DNA of 20,000 nucleotides from Albugo candida (Eukaryota): NCBI GenBank assembly GCA_040437565.1, contig JBDOQK010000042.1, positions 298,564 to 318,563 of the forward strand, read 5' to 3'. Shown piece by piece: positions 19,301 to 20,000 of this stretch (position 1 is its first letter; each line of letters starts with the position of its first letter). The notes under the pieces were generated by a model. It saw only the letters and a program-made list of their open reading frames with translations, ran no database searches and was not told where the DNA came from. The position numbers and the translations under genes were made by a program.

Positions 19301-20000
19301 GTCAACCGCACCGCGGGCATTACTTCGGCCGTAAGTGGGTTGTCACATTCCACTAACGACATGTGCGCCTACATCGCTCAAACGTACTGGCGAAGTCTGC
19401 CATCTCCCATGCCTGCTTGAGATAGTCAGTGCGGCGACGATCGAGTCGCGTTTGCATGACTCATTCACCTCCGGCGTTGCTCCTTCGCATTTGTACTGGA
19501 GCACAAATCGATCCGGGCAGCTAGCCGAGCTTGCTACGGCGACCAGGTATTGAGACTGCTCCGTCCAAGACCTATCATTTGGCTTACGAGCCCGCATAAA
19601 TCGTGTGGCTTTCTCCACAGTGATTTCTCTGTCATACACCTATAGCATCTTGTTCATCAAGTGTTCAACTGTAGGCACTTGTGATGCCCAGAATCCTTTC
19701 ATCTTGTCTCAATGCTTCCTAGAAATTCCATCGAGGTACCGATTAAGTGTCCTCATCTTGTATTCTTCAGGCCATTCACCTCCACTCAAGTGCTGGGCCG
19801 CACCAAGCTCATCCAGCAACTGTAATCCCCAGTTCTTAAACCCTGCTCCAAGTCCTTTGTATTCTTCTATCCCAGTGAAACGCTCGATAGGCAGCTTCAT
19901 ATCCTTGACTGTCGGCATCCGAATGTTGCGGACGAGGCATTAAGTTCCGGCGATGGGAGACGATGCTGGGGGTGCAATTAGCTCGGGCATACCAACAGAG
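19300..20000 (-). mobile_element. Decayed oomycete LTR-retrotransposon (probably copia) gag core, running off the window
   Basis: IERFTGIEEYKGLGAGFKNWG...AQHLSGGEWPEEYK...YLDG, KPNDRSWTEQSQYLVAV, and after a frameshift RLDRRRTDYLKQAWEMADFA resemble oomycete retrotransposon gag-like proteins. In-frame stops and a frameshift are present. Left boundary approximate. Confidence 0.72.

Overview
Eukaryotic, oomycete-like genomic DNA (compact genes, 50-73 bp GT-AG introns, an oomycete INR-FPR motif; an Albugo-like origin is an inference). 1-13 kb is gene-dense: an EXS-family membrane protein (-, 2 exons), a multi-cNMP-binding-domain protein (+, 3 exons, with a 198-bp assembly duplication across an N-gap), and an intronless 2271-aa GT48 1,3-beta-glucan (callose) synthase fused to a C-terminal MFS sugar-transporter-like domain (-). 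13-20 kb is a decayed, repeat-rich zone with a myosin motor pseudogene and Ty1/copia remnants. The highlight is 15.7-17.2 kb, which target-site duplications (TSDs) resolve into nested insertions. A structured tRNA-derived SINE-like host was hit three times, always right after GCTCA and always antisense: by two L1/Tx1-like LINE copies and by a second tRNA-headed SINE sharing the LINE's poly(A)-less 3' stem-loop tail. This suggests a sequence-specific LINE/SINE pair, possibly targeting tRNA box A.
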